A DNA stretch of 64,000 nucleotides from Mytilus californianus (taxonomy: Eukaryota): positions 83,948,001 through 84,012,000 of the forward strand of contig NW_026262690.1 of the NCBI RefSeq assembly GCF_021869535.1. The letters are read 5' to 3'. The number at the start of each line of letters is the position of its first letter. Positions within the stretch are counted from its first letter, which is position 1. Shown piece by piece: positions 21,061 through 35,300 of the stretch. Below the pieces are notes generated by a model that was given only the letters and a program-made list of their open reading frames with translations, had not been told where the DNA came from and did no database searches. The position numbers and the translations under genes are program-made.

Positions 21061-23520
21061 ACATTCCCCATTTCCCATGTTATAACAGGAGACCTTAACA
21101 TCGTTCGCGACCGAGAGTTAAAATCATTCCTCAGTAAAGAAACCTAAATATCGTCCCCCGTCAATTATTAATTGGAATGAGTGTCGTAATATCATCCACG
21201 ACTCACTTCGTGCTTACTCTTTGAAATGGATAAAACGGGAAAAAGCTGACTAAAAATCTTTGGACTCTTTTTTTAATTCAGTAATGAAGATAGTTGATAT
21301 ACGTATACAACATTTTAAAGAACATTTTACTCTTAACAACAACCATAAAAATCCTATTTCTCGTATCAAACATAAACTAAAAGAACTAGCCAAGGAATTT
21401 GTTTTTGTCCCGGCTGATAAAGCTGCTAATAATATCATTATAGTTTGACGTAAATTTTACATTGAGGTTCTGCAAAAGGAAATCACGAATTCACCAACAT
21501 TCCAACTGACTTCATTTTCAGAAAACGATATCTGTAACAAACATAAACTATTAGCTACTTCTTTACAAGCAGAGCCAAATACAATGAAAGTCCCAACTAT
21601 GTACTGGCTTCCGAAGCTACACAAATCACCTTACAAATATAGATTTATTTCGTCTTCAAGTCATTGTTCCACTACTAAATTGTCTATTCTACTTACTAGT
21701 ACACTTGGTACAATCAAAAACCTGATAATAAATTGTTCAAATAAGGCCTTTGAAAATAGTGGAATTAACTACATATTTTGGAGTGTCAAAAACTCGTTGG
21801 AAGTACTTGATAAATTGCATGCATATATTGGTGATTTTGAATCTGTTCAAACTTTTGATTTTTCTACCCTATATACCACTTTGCCTCAAATTCACACACC
21901 TAATTAAATGGGCATTTAAAAAGTCGGAATGCGAATACATATGTTCAAACTCTTTTAGGCCATTTTTAGTAGCAACAAACAAAAGAGCTATGTCAATTGG
22001 ACATGCTTTGATACTATATCTGCCCTTGAATTTTTACTTGATAACATTTTTATTCGCTTTGGAGATTCCGTATATCGTCAAATTATCGGAATTCTAATGG
22101 GGACTAACTGTGCATCACTTATTGCGGACCTGTTTTTGCATTGTTATGAGTTACAATTTATGACTAAAATCAGCAAAGACCCATCGAAACAACATCTGAT
22201 ACAAAAATTTAACAATACTTTTAGATATTTGGATGATATATTGGCTCTCAATAATGACGACTTCAGTATGTATACTAAAGAAATTTATCCTGTTGAACTT
22301 ACTTTAAATACAGCTAATACTAACAATGACCACTGTCCTTTCCTCGATCTTGATATCTATATCATTAACGGGAAGCTTAATACAAAAATTTATGATAAAA
22401 GAGATGATTTTTCATTTCCTATCGTTAATTATCCATTTTTAGATGGTGACGTTCCCTTGTCACCATCTTATGGTGTTTATATATCTCAACTTGTGCGATT
22501 CGCTCGTGTATGTAACAACGTATTAGATTTTAGCGAGAAAAATGTATGTATTACTGAAAAATTATTACACCAGGGTTTTCGATATCATAAACTAGTCAAA
22601 ACATTTACTAAATTTTATCATCGGTATAAGGACATCATTCGTAAATATAACTCAACATGCAGACATCTTATACGTTCGGGTATTTCACATCCAATCTTTT
22701 ATGGTAATATTCTTTACAAAGCACAAAATTGTCAGTATTCACCTCAAAAGCTAACAAAACCTTTAAACAGACTTATTAAGAAGGGATATAGTTACGATAC
22801 TGTTGTCAGGTCATTAAAGATTGCATATTTTGGCTTTAATATTGATTCACTTATAGGGTCTTTGCATCGGAATTAAACATATTTATTCTAAAACCAGTTG
22901 TTGGCATGACACGGGTTATGTTCTTCTCATATATTTTATGATGGTATAATACTAAACCCCTAACAGGAGGGATTGTGCCTGATATTCATATGATAAAGAC
23001 ATAATCTTTTAATCAGTTTAATTGAGGTCTGGAGCTGGCATGTCAGAAACTGCTAGTAGTTGTTATTTATGTATTATTGTCATTTTGTTTATTTTCTTTT
23101 GTTTCCTATTCTGACATCGGACTCTGACTTCTCTTAAACTGGGTTTTACTGTGCGTACTGTTGTACGTTTGTTTTTTCTACATTGGCTAGAGGTATAGGG
23201 GGAGGGTTGACATCTCAAAAAACATGTTTAACCCCGCCGCATTTTTGCGCCTGTCCCAAGTCAGGAGCCTCTGGCCTTTGTTAGTCTTGTATCATTTTTA
23301 ATTTTAGTTTCTTGTGTATAATTTGGAGTTTAGTATGACGTTCATTATCACTGAACTAGTACTAGTATACATATTTGTTTAGGGGCCAGCTGAAGGACGC
23401 CTCCGGGTGCGGGAGTTTCTCGCTGCATTGAAGACCCATTGGTGGCCTTCGGCTGTTATCTGCTCTATGGTCGGGTTGTTGTCTCTTTGACACATTCCCC
23501 ATTTCCATTCTCAATTTTAT
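21061..23520 (+). mobile_element. Defective Penelope-like element (RT-terminal, probably Naiad clade), 5'-truncated, with 3' terminal region
   Basis: Broken ORFs: HVITGDL...KYRP, MYWLPKLHK, DFSTLYT, MGTNC, FRYLDDIL, FLDLDI, YDKRDDFSF, YISQLVRF; ORF stops at 22876 with no downstream GIY-YIG; several frameshifts and stops. Confidence 0.8.
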
Positions 23521-25344
23521 TAGTGTCATGTTGATCAAAGTAAAGTAGGTAATGGAACATAACTATAATAAATGACCACTGTTTCATTCAGTTTTGTCAA
23601 TTGAATTTAAATGAAGAGAAGACCATCTTCCTATTGAGCTTGCCTATGGTATCAATTGCAACATACATTTTTAACCGTATTTATACAAAAATCAAGAGCC
23701 TGTTTGAAAATTCTCCTATAAATAGTTTCCAGTTGTAGCGCATCAAAGCTGAATTCCTTCAAGTGAATAGGGAACACAAATTACTAAAAAAGGTAATATT
23801 ACTATTTTTTTATATTAAGAGGAGTTTTGCAGAGCATATCAGAGAGTCTGGGTGGGTGGTCCTTCCTTACTTATTTTTTTAATTTTTTATACCATTTTTC
23901 TCTAATTTTTTTTTATTTTCCCCATTATTCTATATTCTTTATATATCAGCTCCCCATTTTTCTCTATTATTTTTTTTTTTTTTGCCTGTTTCTCTCTACT
24001 TTTCTTTATGTCCATTATTCTCCGCTTTTTGTCCATTAATCTCTTCTATTCTGTCCCATCCGCACTCTCATATCACGAATCTGCAATGTGATTTTATTTG
24101 TTTTCAGTTAAATGGAATTGAAAATAAAGGTTTTGAAAATGGTGTCGGGTGTAATGATGTCACGGTGGAAGTGAAAACAGATATCACCAAGAAGGTATAC
24201 AAATGTAAATGAATAAAACATGTTATGAAAAAATAAGTATAAAAAAAGGAGTGATTAATGAGAAAAATCGTTTTGGAGACAATAAATAAAAGAGGAACAG
24301 CCAAATCTAAAAAAATAAGGGGGCTCCTATAAAAAAAAAAGGATTTTATAATTAGTAGGCATAATGTTTTTTTTCTCACATGGATGTTTGTCCTTCCAAT
24401 TTAATTAATTATCTACATAATACGTTTAAACCCGAGAAGAGCCCCATGTCCAATTTACATTTTGGATAGAGGCCATTATTTCAATGATGGTATAATTTGG
24501 TGTCATCCTTCAATGATTATTTTATAGAAGGATTTCAACACATTTCAATAACAACAAAGACCATGATTATCCTTACTTTTAATTCCATAACTTACACAAT
24601 TGGACAATTACGAAATGCGATAGCACAAACATTTGAAAAACCGGGTGGGAAAGAATTTATTTATGTTTTATTTAAATCTCACAAGATTTTATTACTGGTT
24701 TTATTACTGCTTCCAGGGTCATATAAAGGTTAAAATGTTTTGAAAATGGTGTCATTGATACAGTAACACAGCAGTGCTACAGAGTTCCACAGTTTACAAC
24801 TGAGTGAAAGCTAATATCGAAGATTCATGCAATTTGAACTTTAATTCTTTCAATATGACCTGATCCCCCACAAAGGCCATTACAATGACTGCGCGGGGTG
24901 TATAAATACGCAACTACGTTCTCTGCACGTATTGAAACCACTCTATGGCAAGCTGTAATGCAAAATCTCTGTCAACGATTGCTTGTTGCAAGGCAAATGC
25001 TGCAGTCATTGATAATTGATAAAAACTACTGTGTATGCTAGCTATGGGACGGAGTCTAACTGATTTGTTTAATCTGGTTTATGAAGAGGTGACACACTAA
25101 AACATGTCTCCTTATTTAGTATAATAGATTCAGCCACCCTTATATATATAACAGACCTCTATCATGCAATATGAAATTCTGTAATTACAGTACTAAAAAA
25201 AGTATAGTGTTGAAATGATTTTGTGTTATGAAAACGTTTATCTGATATTGTAGAATGGAATTCCCTCGCATGATAATGGAACACTTTCAACATACACCAG
25301 CAATCCGGAAAACACGAAAATTGATAAGGTATTTATGTTGGACT

Positions 25345-25660
25345 TTTCCATGTCAATTATCAGGTTAATACCACTTCTGGTAGACTGTAAGTCCCCGTGG
25401 GTATTCTATGTTCACCGATAGTCAGTACTTCGGTACTGACGTGATTTATAATATATATTTCTAAAACTTCCTGTAATTATGTCGAGACTAAGGTTTCAAC
25501 TCCCTCAGGCAAAGTTGACCTTAGATGAATTTGAACTTATGTCCCTCTTGTTCGAATAGCTTCTAACGTTTGTACATAATACATCTCTGGCTTTCAAATG
25601 TTTTGGTATGAGCGTTCTAGATGACGGTAAATCCAGAAAAGCATGCACAAATTGCTTAAG
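25345..25660 (+). repeat. Monomer of a hammerhead-like/retrozyme-like repeat family (same family as 49390-49810)
   Basis: Shared blocks CTAAGGTTTCAACTCCCTCAGGCAAA and GTCAGTAC-TTCG-GTACTGAC hairpin (25421-25440); degenerate TGATGA...CCAGAAAAGC core. Confidence 0.65.
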
Positions 25661-26361
25661 TGTGTATTTCAAGAAATGCCCGGATGGATCAGAAGAAAAA
25701 AATATAAACAATATACATTCTAAATAATGCCTATTTTTTATTATTTGAATTTGTATGTCAAGAGAATTGATTCTGTTTAATTTCCAGTTCAGGTGTTTCA
25801 CTCATTAAACGTCACAAAGTTCTCGGAGTACAAAATTTGTGCTCGAAACAAACCCAAAAGATACCAAGGTTAACATGGCCATACATTATGTGAAGCTTTA
25901 AATTGCTCTATTCTATCAAATTTGTAAATAAATTGAACGGAGATATGTGCAATCACGAATAAAAAAAACTAGCATTATCATTTTATCTTCATGTAACCTT
26001 TAAACATGTCCTGTCGCTGAATAATTAATATTTGATGACTATGTTGATCGTACCTGCAATAAAAGATACCACAGATACAATAAATATAAAAATAAGAACA
26101 TTTAGTATGATTACCAATTAGACAACTATCCGCTAAAGACCAAAATGAAATAGATGAAAGCAACATTAGCTGTCAAGTATGTTTCATAAGATGACTTAGA
26201 TCTAGAAATTTGCAGTTGTGCTGTCAATGTATAAAATATTACTCAGAAAATATGACATGGTTTACTGTTGTTCTTAAAAGTTGTCAAAATTCCATAATTT
26301 TTTATCATTATATTATTATTAGATTTAAAGCCATGTTAATTTAAATTTTTTTGTATTCTAG

Positions 26362-29300
26362 CGTGATATCAGTGAAGATCTGGATTGGGGTTATGGTCCA
26401 TTTAAGCCTAGGTACGTTTTAAAATGTTATATTAGTATATAAAATATTATATTTGGCGAGACTACCGTGTAATCTATTACTATATCTTGTGATTGAGTTG
26501 TGAAAAATATTCAATATACAAATCGTTTTTCCCCCAACAAAAGCACACTCTCATATTTGTTATACCAAGAAAACGACATTTAGAAATAACTAAATTATCA
26601 CAGAAGTAAAACACGTTACATTTTTGTGAATTCTGTTATATGTTACTGAAAAGCCAAATATGTCAAGACGTTTGGAACTAGGTCCAAATAGAACATAAAA
26701 ACAAGATTCCTGTTAAACAACGAAAAACGTGTATGTTATGTTGACTGTACTTTCTCGGTAACATTCAAGGTAAAACAAAGAAATATTCTACAAATTACAC
26801 GGTCATGTAATATTTGCTATAGAAATCAACAAAATGAGTGGCATTCAACCGTAATTTATAATATATCGTCATGTTACATTGGTCAACGAAAGAACTAAAT
26901 TCTATGAAAAAAAAATACCAGACTTACAAATATTTACGCACGACGCGCGTTTCATCTAAAAAAGACTCACCAGTGACACTCGAATCAAAAGAGTTACTTG
27001 AAAGGCAAAATAAAGTACAAAGTTGAAAAGCATTAAGGGCCAAACATTCCGAAATATTTTGCCAAATACAGCTAAGGTAATTTATTCCTGCGGTTAAACA
27101 TCTTCGTATATCTATGAGAATTTCGAACGATTCAAAGTTTTGTAAACAGTTAATTCATAAATATGACAATATCAATGATATTTCATGTCGACACGGAAAC
27201 TTAACCTTTCGACAACGCAGAGATTGAAATATAACTTGAAAAATTTGTTGAAGAGTTCTTGTAACACAATGGTCTTTGTCATCATCTTGTCTATATCGTC
27301 ATTACGAATGAGAAGACGACTACAAGCTAGAAATGTTTGTTTTAACTTGACGACCATGGATTTAATGTACAAAAATTGAACAAAATGGCTTATGATTGCT
27401 AATTATTGCAGCAATTTACATGAAATGTTTTATTTCAGGTGTTTCCAAGTATTCAACAAAATGCATTTTTATATTCTCTTCGTCTCCATTATGTGCTTCA
27501 TAGAAGGATTTGCAGTAAATGGAATAGCTAATTCAGCAATACCATCATTAGAGAGACAATTTAAACTTCCGTCAACGAAGTCTGCGCTCATTCCAAGCTC
27601 TATGGATATAGGGTCATTGATAGTAGTGTTGTTTGTAACTTTCATCGGCGGACGATATAATAAGGCGGCAATAGTAGCAGGTGGAACTGTTGTCATGGCA
27701 CTGGGCTCTTTCGTGTTTTTGATTCCACATTTTATAGATCAATACACTTACGTTGGTAAATACTTTAGCTATTTTTTTATGCACAATTAAATCTTTGTAA
27801 TGATCAAAAGATGAAGAATAACACATAACAATATCCAACATTTCCTTTCATTCAAATTCGGGTTTAAATTCATGCACAGCCATGATAGATGTGGTAAGTA
27901 AGTGTACCGGTATGCATTTTTTTGTCTAATATTAAAATACATTTGACGATGGTGTTTCTTTTTGGTTGTGTGGAATTTTTGAATACAATCTGTGGTGATA
28001 TTATTAAATTGTACTTGCAAAAGAAAAGATAACTTGCGGCAAACAAATCGTCACTTGACATAAGTACTAGTACTTTAGTCTCTCATTTTATGTTTTGTCG
28101 TTTGCATCTTCATGCAAACCAATTATATTTAATTGGATGACACAACTATACCTGTTATTAGTTGTTTTCCTTATATTTCCCGATGGCAATAGTATATACT
28201 AGTATTGTTATCTTGTAGAATATGCCACAGAGTACACATACAACTGTTCTGCCGGAAGTTCCTGGTCATCAGAATGTGACCCGGTTGGCGAGTCATATTT
28301 AGCTATATTTATGATAGCTAATATGCTTCACGGGGTTGGATTTACTACAATGTTTACATTAGGATCAGCATACATAGACGACAATGAAGATAATGCTAAA
28401 GCTGCTCTTCATATTGGTATGTGTAGTTTTGTTTCCATATTTAAGAAAAATGGTTTCGCTTTTAGTCATTTCATTTTGTGGATAATCAGTCATCTCAATA
28501 TATACCACTCAGCCAAATGAAATCTAACGAACGATTGAATAAAAAACACTATTTGCACGGTTAAGGCTTTCCATTCCTTTTAATGTTAAATATACCAATT
28601 TTGGTAGTTGAATGTTGCCAGATCGACGGTTTTATGTTATATGTGTCAAAAATGGGAAAACAATGAGTTTAGATTTAAAAGCTGGATACGGTTATCATTG
28701 AAAAAATATATTAAGGAAGTATCTTAATAGTTATTATGATCTTTTGAATTCTTTCAGGCTTAACCTTTTCTGCATCCGCAGTGGGGACTGCAGTAGGATT
28801 TTTATCTGGTGGAGAAATATCACAAAATTACTATGTAGAATTCGACAGAGTGGATACAGACAGGTATTTGTTTTAACTAGTCTTCAAAAAATTTCCATAA
28901 TTCCCGATATTTTTTTATGTTGATGTCAATATCGTTAATGTATAAATTTTAACTTTGTAATTTGAATGTGTACCTATTGTATTTTCTTACAATAGGTAAG
29001 CAGTTATTTAGAGTCCACCACTGTTATTTTTGCAGCTTCCTCGGACAAAGTTGACTAAAGACAATTTTGTATTTTCGATTAAGATCCTTTTCGTTTTATG
29101 GATTTAAGTTGTTTTGTTTTTTGTTTTATTTTTTGTTTCTTCTTGGATTCACAAAACTTTTGGTCACAATCATACCTGATGATCAGAAATATGTTATCCC
29201 CCCCCCCCTTTCCCCCTTTTGGTACCTTCCGCCTCATTTTGATAAATTTTTTTGCTCAGGTCACGATTGTCGTTCTGGTAGACCTTTTAGATTGGTTGAT

Positions 29301-32300
29301 TGATGACTGCAAAACTTCCAGCGGCAAATATTACATGTATATTCAGGACAATGGCATGTAAATGAATATAACCTGCAGCTGATTTATACAAGACCAACAC
29401 GCTGATTTGTATCTCACAAGGTCCTAGTCTACCACAGGAAAACATAAAGACAATAACAGTAGTTTTTATATGCTGCCACTCTAAAGAATAGAGTGTCAGC
29501 AAAAATATTTACTACTGCTTTAGAAATATCGTATGAATAGAAGCAAGAACACATTTAATAACTTAAAAGATTTAAGAAAATTTACTTTAAAAAATAGCAC
29601 AAAAAATATAAAAGAAAAAATGGGATTCATGCCCCAAGAGCTTCTGATTGCAAGGAGGACTTAAGGAAAGGACGATACTAAAACGTATTATATTTTCGCA
29701 TACGTGTGCGGCACAACATAAAACTAGACCTATTCAAAAACCATGTTTAGCCATTTCCGTATTTTGCACGAAATAGATCAGAGACAATTGATTGATTGAT
29801 TGTTGTTGTTGTCTTAACGTCCAGTAGCAATTATTCAATGCATGTTCAGGACGAGAAACTATTAACAATTAATACAATATGAAGGTTCTGCAAGTTGAGA
29901 CGGCAGGGAATAAGGTGGAGGAAATTGGACAGCCGCTTAAAAACAAAAGTATGTAGGATGGAGACAAAACTTTGCCTTGCAACAGGCCACCTACGGACCC
30001 TTCAAAGTGATATTACAGGGGTTCTTTGACGCGAAGAGAGTTCAGCACTTTCTTGACATTAGACATCAAAATAAAGGTCCCGATAATAACCAGACGTTGC
30101 TGCTAATTTATACAACCTGCTCAACCAAATGGACGCCCTTCTTTGGCAAGGATTTTATTGCCGATCGGAAGAAGACCAGTTATCATGCTCCTATATCTTA
30201 GTCGCCTTTGGGTAAAAAAGATCAATTGAAAATTGAGTTATTTTAATAGTCAGTACTTAAATTATAACAAAGAAAATAAATTACAATCGAAGTTTATAAA
30301 AAATAGATTCTGCTACAATACTAGTTGATTATGATTTGTATCTACTTAAAATTTTAAAAGGGGTTGCTTGGCGAGTTCTCTATTAGTTGAAAATCGAGAG
30401 TGGGTTACATCATAAATAATGGGATAGAGTTGAAAAATCGGTTATTCTTATGAAAATCTCAGATTGTAATATTCTGTTACGATTTGACGTTGACATTTTA
30501 TTCAGTATGTGGGTTATCAAATATTATCCAAATGACCAGCAATACACAAATACCAAAGCATGTTTATTTAAACACACACGGTAGTATAGATCAAACAATT
30601 TAAAAAAAAATGCTTGGGTTAACCTTTGATTTTTCAGTATCGGCATAACGTTCATTGATCAACGGTGGGTAGGTGCCTGGTGGTTAGGGTTTGCAATCTC
30701 AATTGTAGCATTTGCTATCATAGCTGTACCTCTCTTTGGATTTCCTAAAAGACTTCCAGGTAATAAATTAAACTTTTTTCTTAAGGTAATTTAATTATCC
30801 AGAATTTTTATTATTATATACACCTCTATTATAAATTTCCAAAGTGCATACAAAGGTTGCATAATTTGGATCCGTACTGCGTGGAACCTAGGAAACACAT
30901 TTGCAATATCATACTTGGTTATCAGGAATTTATATTACAAACTGAATCTGTTTTTCTGTGATGTTATGTTGATTTTGCATTTACGTTTGACCTATTATCT
31001 TCTATTCATGATTTAATCCGGTGCATTACAGATAAATACAGGTAAATGCAGGTACATGTAGATTATATTTTTTTATTTATTTATTTTACCATGGAAGTAT
31101 TATGAATATATTCTTCCGTGATTAAACGATATACAAGTACAAGTACCCCGTTCGTTAGTCAAAGTCCCCTGCTGACCAACGAGGATGTGAAGGGGGATTT
31201 CGAGCAGGATAAGTCTGTTTTATTATGCACAAGCACTAAATTCTAGAAATATATACAGAAAAAAAATGTAAAAACAAAGCAAGCTCTTGACTTTGGTAAT
31301 GTTGGATATTCCTTACCTTTCACGAGATATTGCCATTGTCAAACTCTTCAGGTCTTTCTCAATTAGAGTTTTTATGCCCCATTTATGGGCATTATGTTTT
31401 CGGTCTGTGCGTCCGTTCGTCCGTCTGTCCCGCTTCAGGTTAAAGTTTTTGGTCAAGGTAGTTTTTGATGAAGTTAAAGTCCAATCAACTTGAAACTTAG
31501 TACACATGTTCCCTATAATTTGATCTTTCTAATTTTAATGCCAAATTAGAGTTTTGACTCTCATTTCACGGTCCACTGAACATAGAAAATGATAGTGCGA
31601 GTGGGGCATCCGTGTACTATGGACATATTCTTGTTTCTTCTACATTAATCAACTCACAACGGACTTATTTCATAGGCCTAGCAGTTATATCGGCTGTGCT
31701 TTTCTCTTTACAACCGCAAAGATAATCTGTATACTAATACTAACAACCTTTTCCCCGATTTGTTTCTGACAATCGAAACTCCATGTGTGACGCAACTTTA
31801 CAAAATCATTTACTAAAAACGATCACTATTCGGTAAAATTCGGAAAAAGAATACTATACACTCTAAGTTAGATATATGCCTTTAGCTGTTACGGGATTTA
31901 TCATGATCACTTTATTTTTTTTCAGAATATATATCATGTATAAAATTTAAATTTACAAATATGTTCAAAATTAATAACTTAAGTCATATTTATTATGAAT
32001 TATCTTTATTTTTACCTGCGGTATCTGTAAAATAAATGCGGGCAAATGTAATCAAAAGCTGCGCTAAAAGGTAATAAATTCAATCCCCAAATGCGCGCAA
32101 ATGTACTGCGTCCATTTAATCAATGAACTCTATAGCAGACTGTCTCGCTTTTATGTCACATTCATATGGGAATCTTCTTCTTTATCAACTTGTTTTTATT
32201 CATTTGAGGCAGATTCAAACAGGAGCTTCTCAGGAAGAATAAAAAGTTGATGTCATTATCCTGTTACCTCACGTTCCGCCATACAGATGATGTCCTCTCA

Positions 32301-35300
32301 CTAAATTATTCAAAGTTTTGGTGACTATGTTGTACACATCTATCCCATCGAACTTGGAATATGGGATACCTCAAATACAGAGAAGTGCGCCACATAAGTT
32401 GCCAATTAGGGTCGGTTGAGACAAAACTTTACGACAAAAGGAATAATTTCAACTTTCCAATTTAGAACTTTCAATTTCTAAGAAGCAACATTTCAGCAGC
32501 ACCTGCATATGGAGTATATGTCTCCTAGTTGATACGATATTTTAGATCTTGCATTTTCTAGCATGATTTCTTCTTTAGAGAGTTGCTGCTTACAAGAAAG
32601 CTGTTGAACCAAGGTTTTCTAGGTGTCCAAGGTCACGAAATGTTAACGGACGCCATCACGATTTGGTTGACCGTTATGGAATATATGTCACAGATGACCA
32701 CGGATATAATGGTCAAATGGTCGTCAGTTTCTCTTGACTTGTGAATTTTTAATGTCCCCTTGTTTTCTTTCGCCTATTTGTTATGTCTCCTTTTATTGGT
32801 TAAGATTTTTTTAGGTCATTTACCATGTATACTAAATTAAAAAAGTATGAGTGCTGATTTACCATTTTCTCAAGCAAGAAACGTTTCGTGCAAAATGTGA
32901 CCGTCACTTGCTTTAATTTCGTACGAGTGAAAGAAAAAAAGACAGCAATCAATTGTATAATAAAATTAATATTTAACAGGTGTTGCTAAGCGGACAGATG
33001 AAAAAGAATGCGAAAACTCTTTCATGTTCAATGTGAAGAAATTTTTTGTTGTTCTCATTACACAGGTTAGTCAACTATTTTCCATTTTTCTGAAACATTC
33101 TACTATCAAAAATAACAAAAGATTTAAACTTTAAACTGCATCAGTAAAATGTAGTCGAATTAATGTCATGGTCATTAAAAAAATAAACATGTTTAGGGAC
33201 ATGTATTTGTTTGTCTCTTATAAAGATAAAGATATTAAGAATGCATACTGCTGCATTTCAAAATAACAAAACATTCGTAAATGACGCCTTTTTCAACAAT
33301 TACAAGATAAAAATTATGAAATAATGGTGATAGGTCCGTGTGCTTGTTTCTTTTAGCTAAAAATATGAAAATTTAAAAAAAGGTTAGAAAACGATCTCTC
33401 TATTTCAACATCAGACACGGAATGCAATTAATTACTTAAGATTTTATAAAAAGAAATTGTTAACGGTAAAGTATAACTTCATGTTTAAAACATACATGGA
33501 AGTATCTGGGATTTTTATTTTAGTGTTTATATTAAACAAAATATTATCTAACTCCAATAAACTAATCGATTATATCAGTTAACGAAACGCTACCATGGTT
33601 GGTAAAGGTATAGATAGGAACCGAAAAGACCAGACATTGTGCGTTTTTAAACAAACTATCAAGTTTACATCGTAAAATTCAACAACAAAAATCAAAACAT
33701 ATCTTTTACAGATTAAGAACCCTATATTTATGATGGTTACGTTTGCTGGAACTGCTAATACACTTGCTGTATCAGGTGTCGGATCATTTGCTTACAAGTT
33801 TTTGATGGAGCAGTACAATCTGGATTACAAAACAGCTGGGTATCTCTTAGGTAATGTTTCTATTCTGGTAGACAACTTTATATCTTGAATGATTGATCGG
33901 CTTTTAACATCCAATGATAAGTATTGCTTACAAGATTCAGCACGAACACAGTTGTCATGTTGATGTAATATAACAGCCTTATGAATATAATCTGATTTGA
34001 TCTAGACCGACATGCAATTGAAACCAAATTTACAACACGTAAGCTCACAAAGTATGAGAAGCCCTATGAATATAGTCTGCTTTTTACTAGACCGACATGC
34101 TGAGTCTGATTTACAGAATGCTAGCCCATTAGGTATAAGTAAATGCCATGAGCTTGGCGGAAAACAGCAAGTTTCAGTTTTATTGTCATTGGTTTAATCC
34201 CAAACGGGTCGAACACAACTTAAAATATTCGAAGTAAGCAAGAGAATACCAAGGTGGTAGACAACTTTGTTGTGTGATAATTGCATGACGTACTGATGTT
34301 TCGTCAGATTCAGTAATTTTGATTTGCAGACGACTATCACAAGGCATTCAAAAATTATGTTTTATTTCCCAATAAAATGCAACAATGTATTAAAAATCAA
34401 GCGAAAAGCTTGATTCAACTCATAATTTCACGGAGACAGCAGTAAAATGTAGTTATAAGAATTGAATAGCTCTCTTTTGTTATTCTAAAAGGTTATAAAA
34501 GCATTGATCGTGTTCACATTTTAGTCAGATGATCTTCATCCAAAATGTTTTCGGTCAACGCTTTCACAACCCAATAAAATAAAAACAAAAAAAGCATTCA
34601 CGAGAGTCAGATTTTAAGATCACAAGGTTACAGTTCGCTGGCGACAAACCGCCAAGCCATTTTATTCACATTATTCGGATTCTGAACCGACCAGGCTTTA
34701 CTGCAAATTTTAAATGTTACATGCTTGTTTTGAAGAAGAAGCAGCAATTTCAAAGTTATTGATTTGTCGATGGATAGAAACCTAACCCTCAGCACTCTAG
34801 GCGATCACCCAACCGCAAGACAAATAGACTAATATAGTCTTGTCCCTATCATTTATGATGTAATATGCATTGCCAATAAATAATCACATTTATATACCCC
34901 ACCCACTTTAATATGGGGTCCATTACGTTTCCGGTCTGTGCGTCCGTCCGTCTTAAATAGATAATTTAAGTTAACTTTTATTTTACCTTAGTAAGCTGAG
35001 TGTATCAAATAAATTCCAAACAATATACAACTTAAAAACAAAACGCAATACTATAAACATAATTTGTATTTTAACAAACAAACCGGTTATTTTCCTATCG
35101 CGACGAAATACAAAATTGTTTGATTAATTTAATTGCTTTCTGCGTAGTGACGTCACAAGCGCCAAATATGACACGAATTGAATATATTGATAATTAATCG
35201 CACTAACTAATGGTGACTATTATCTGCATAATCTGGATAATTCATGATTAAGTCCATGTTGATAATTATTTTTAATCAATATAATTCAAGAGACACTGTT

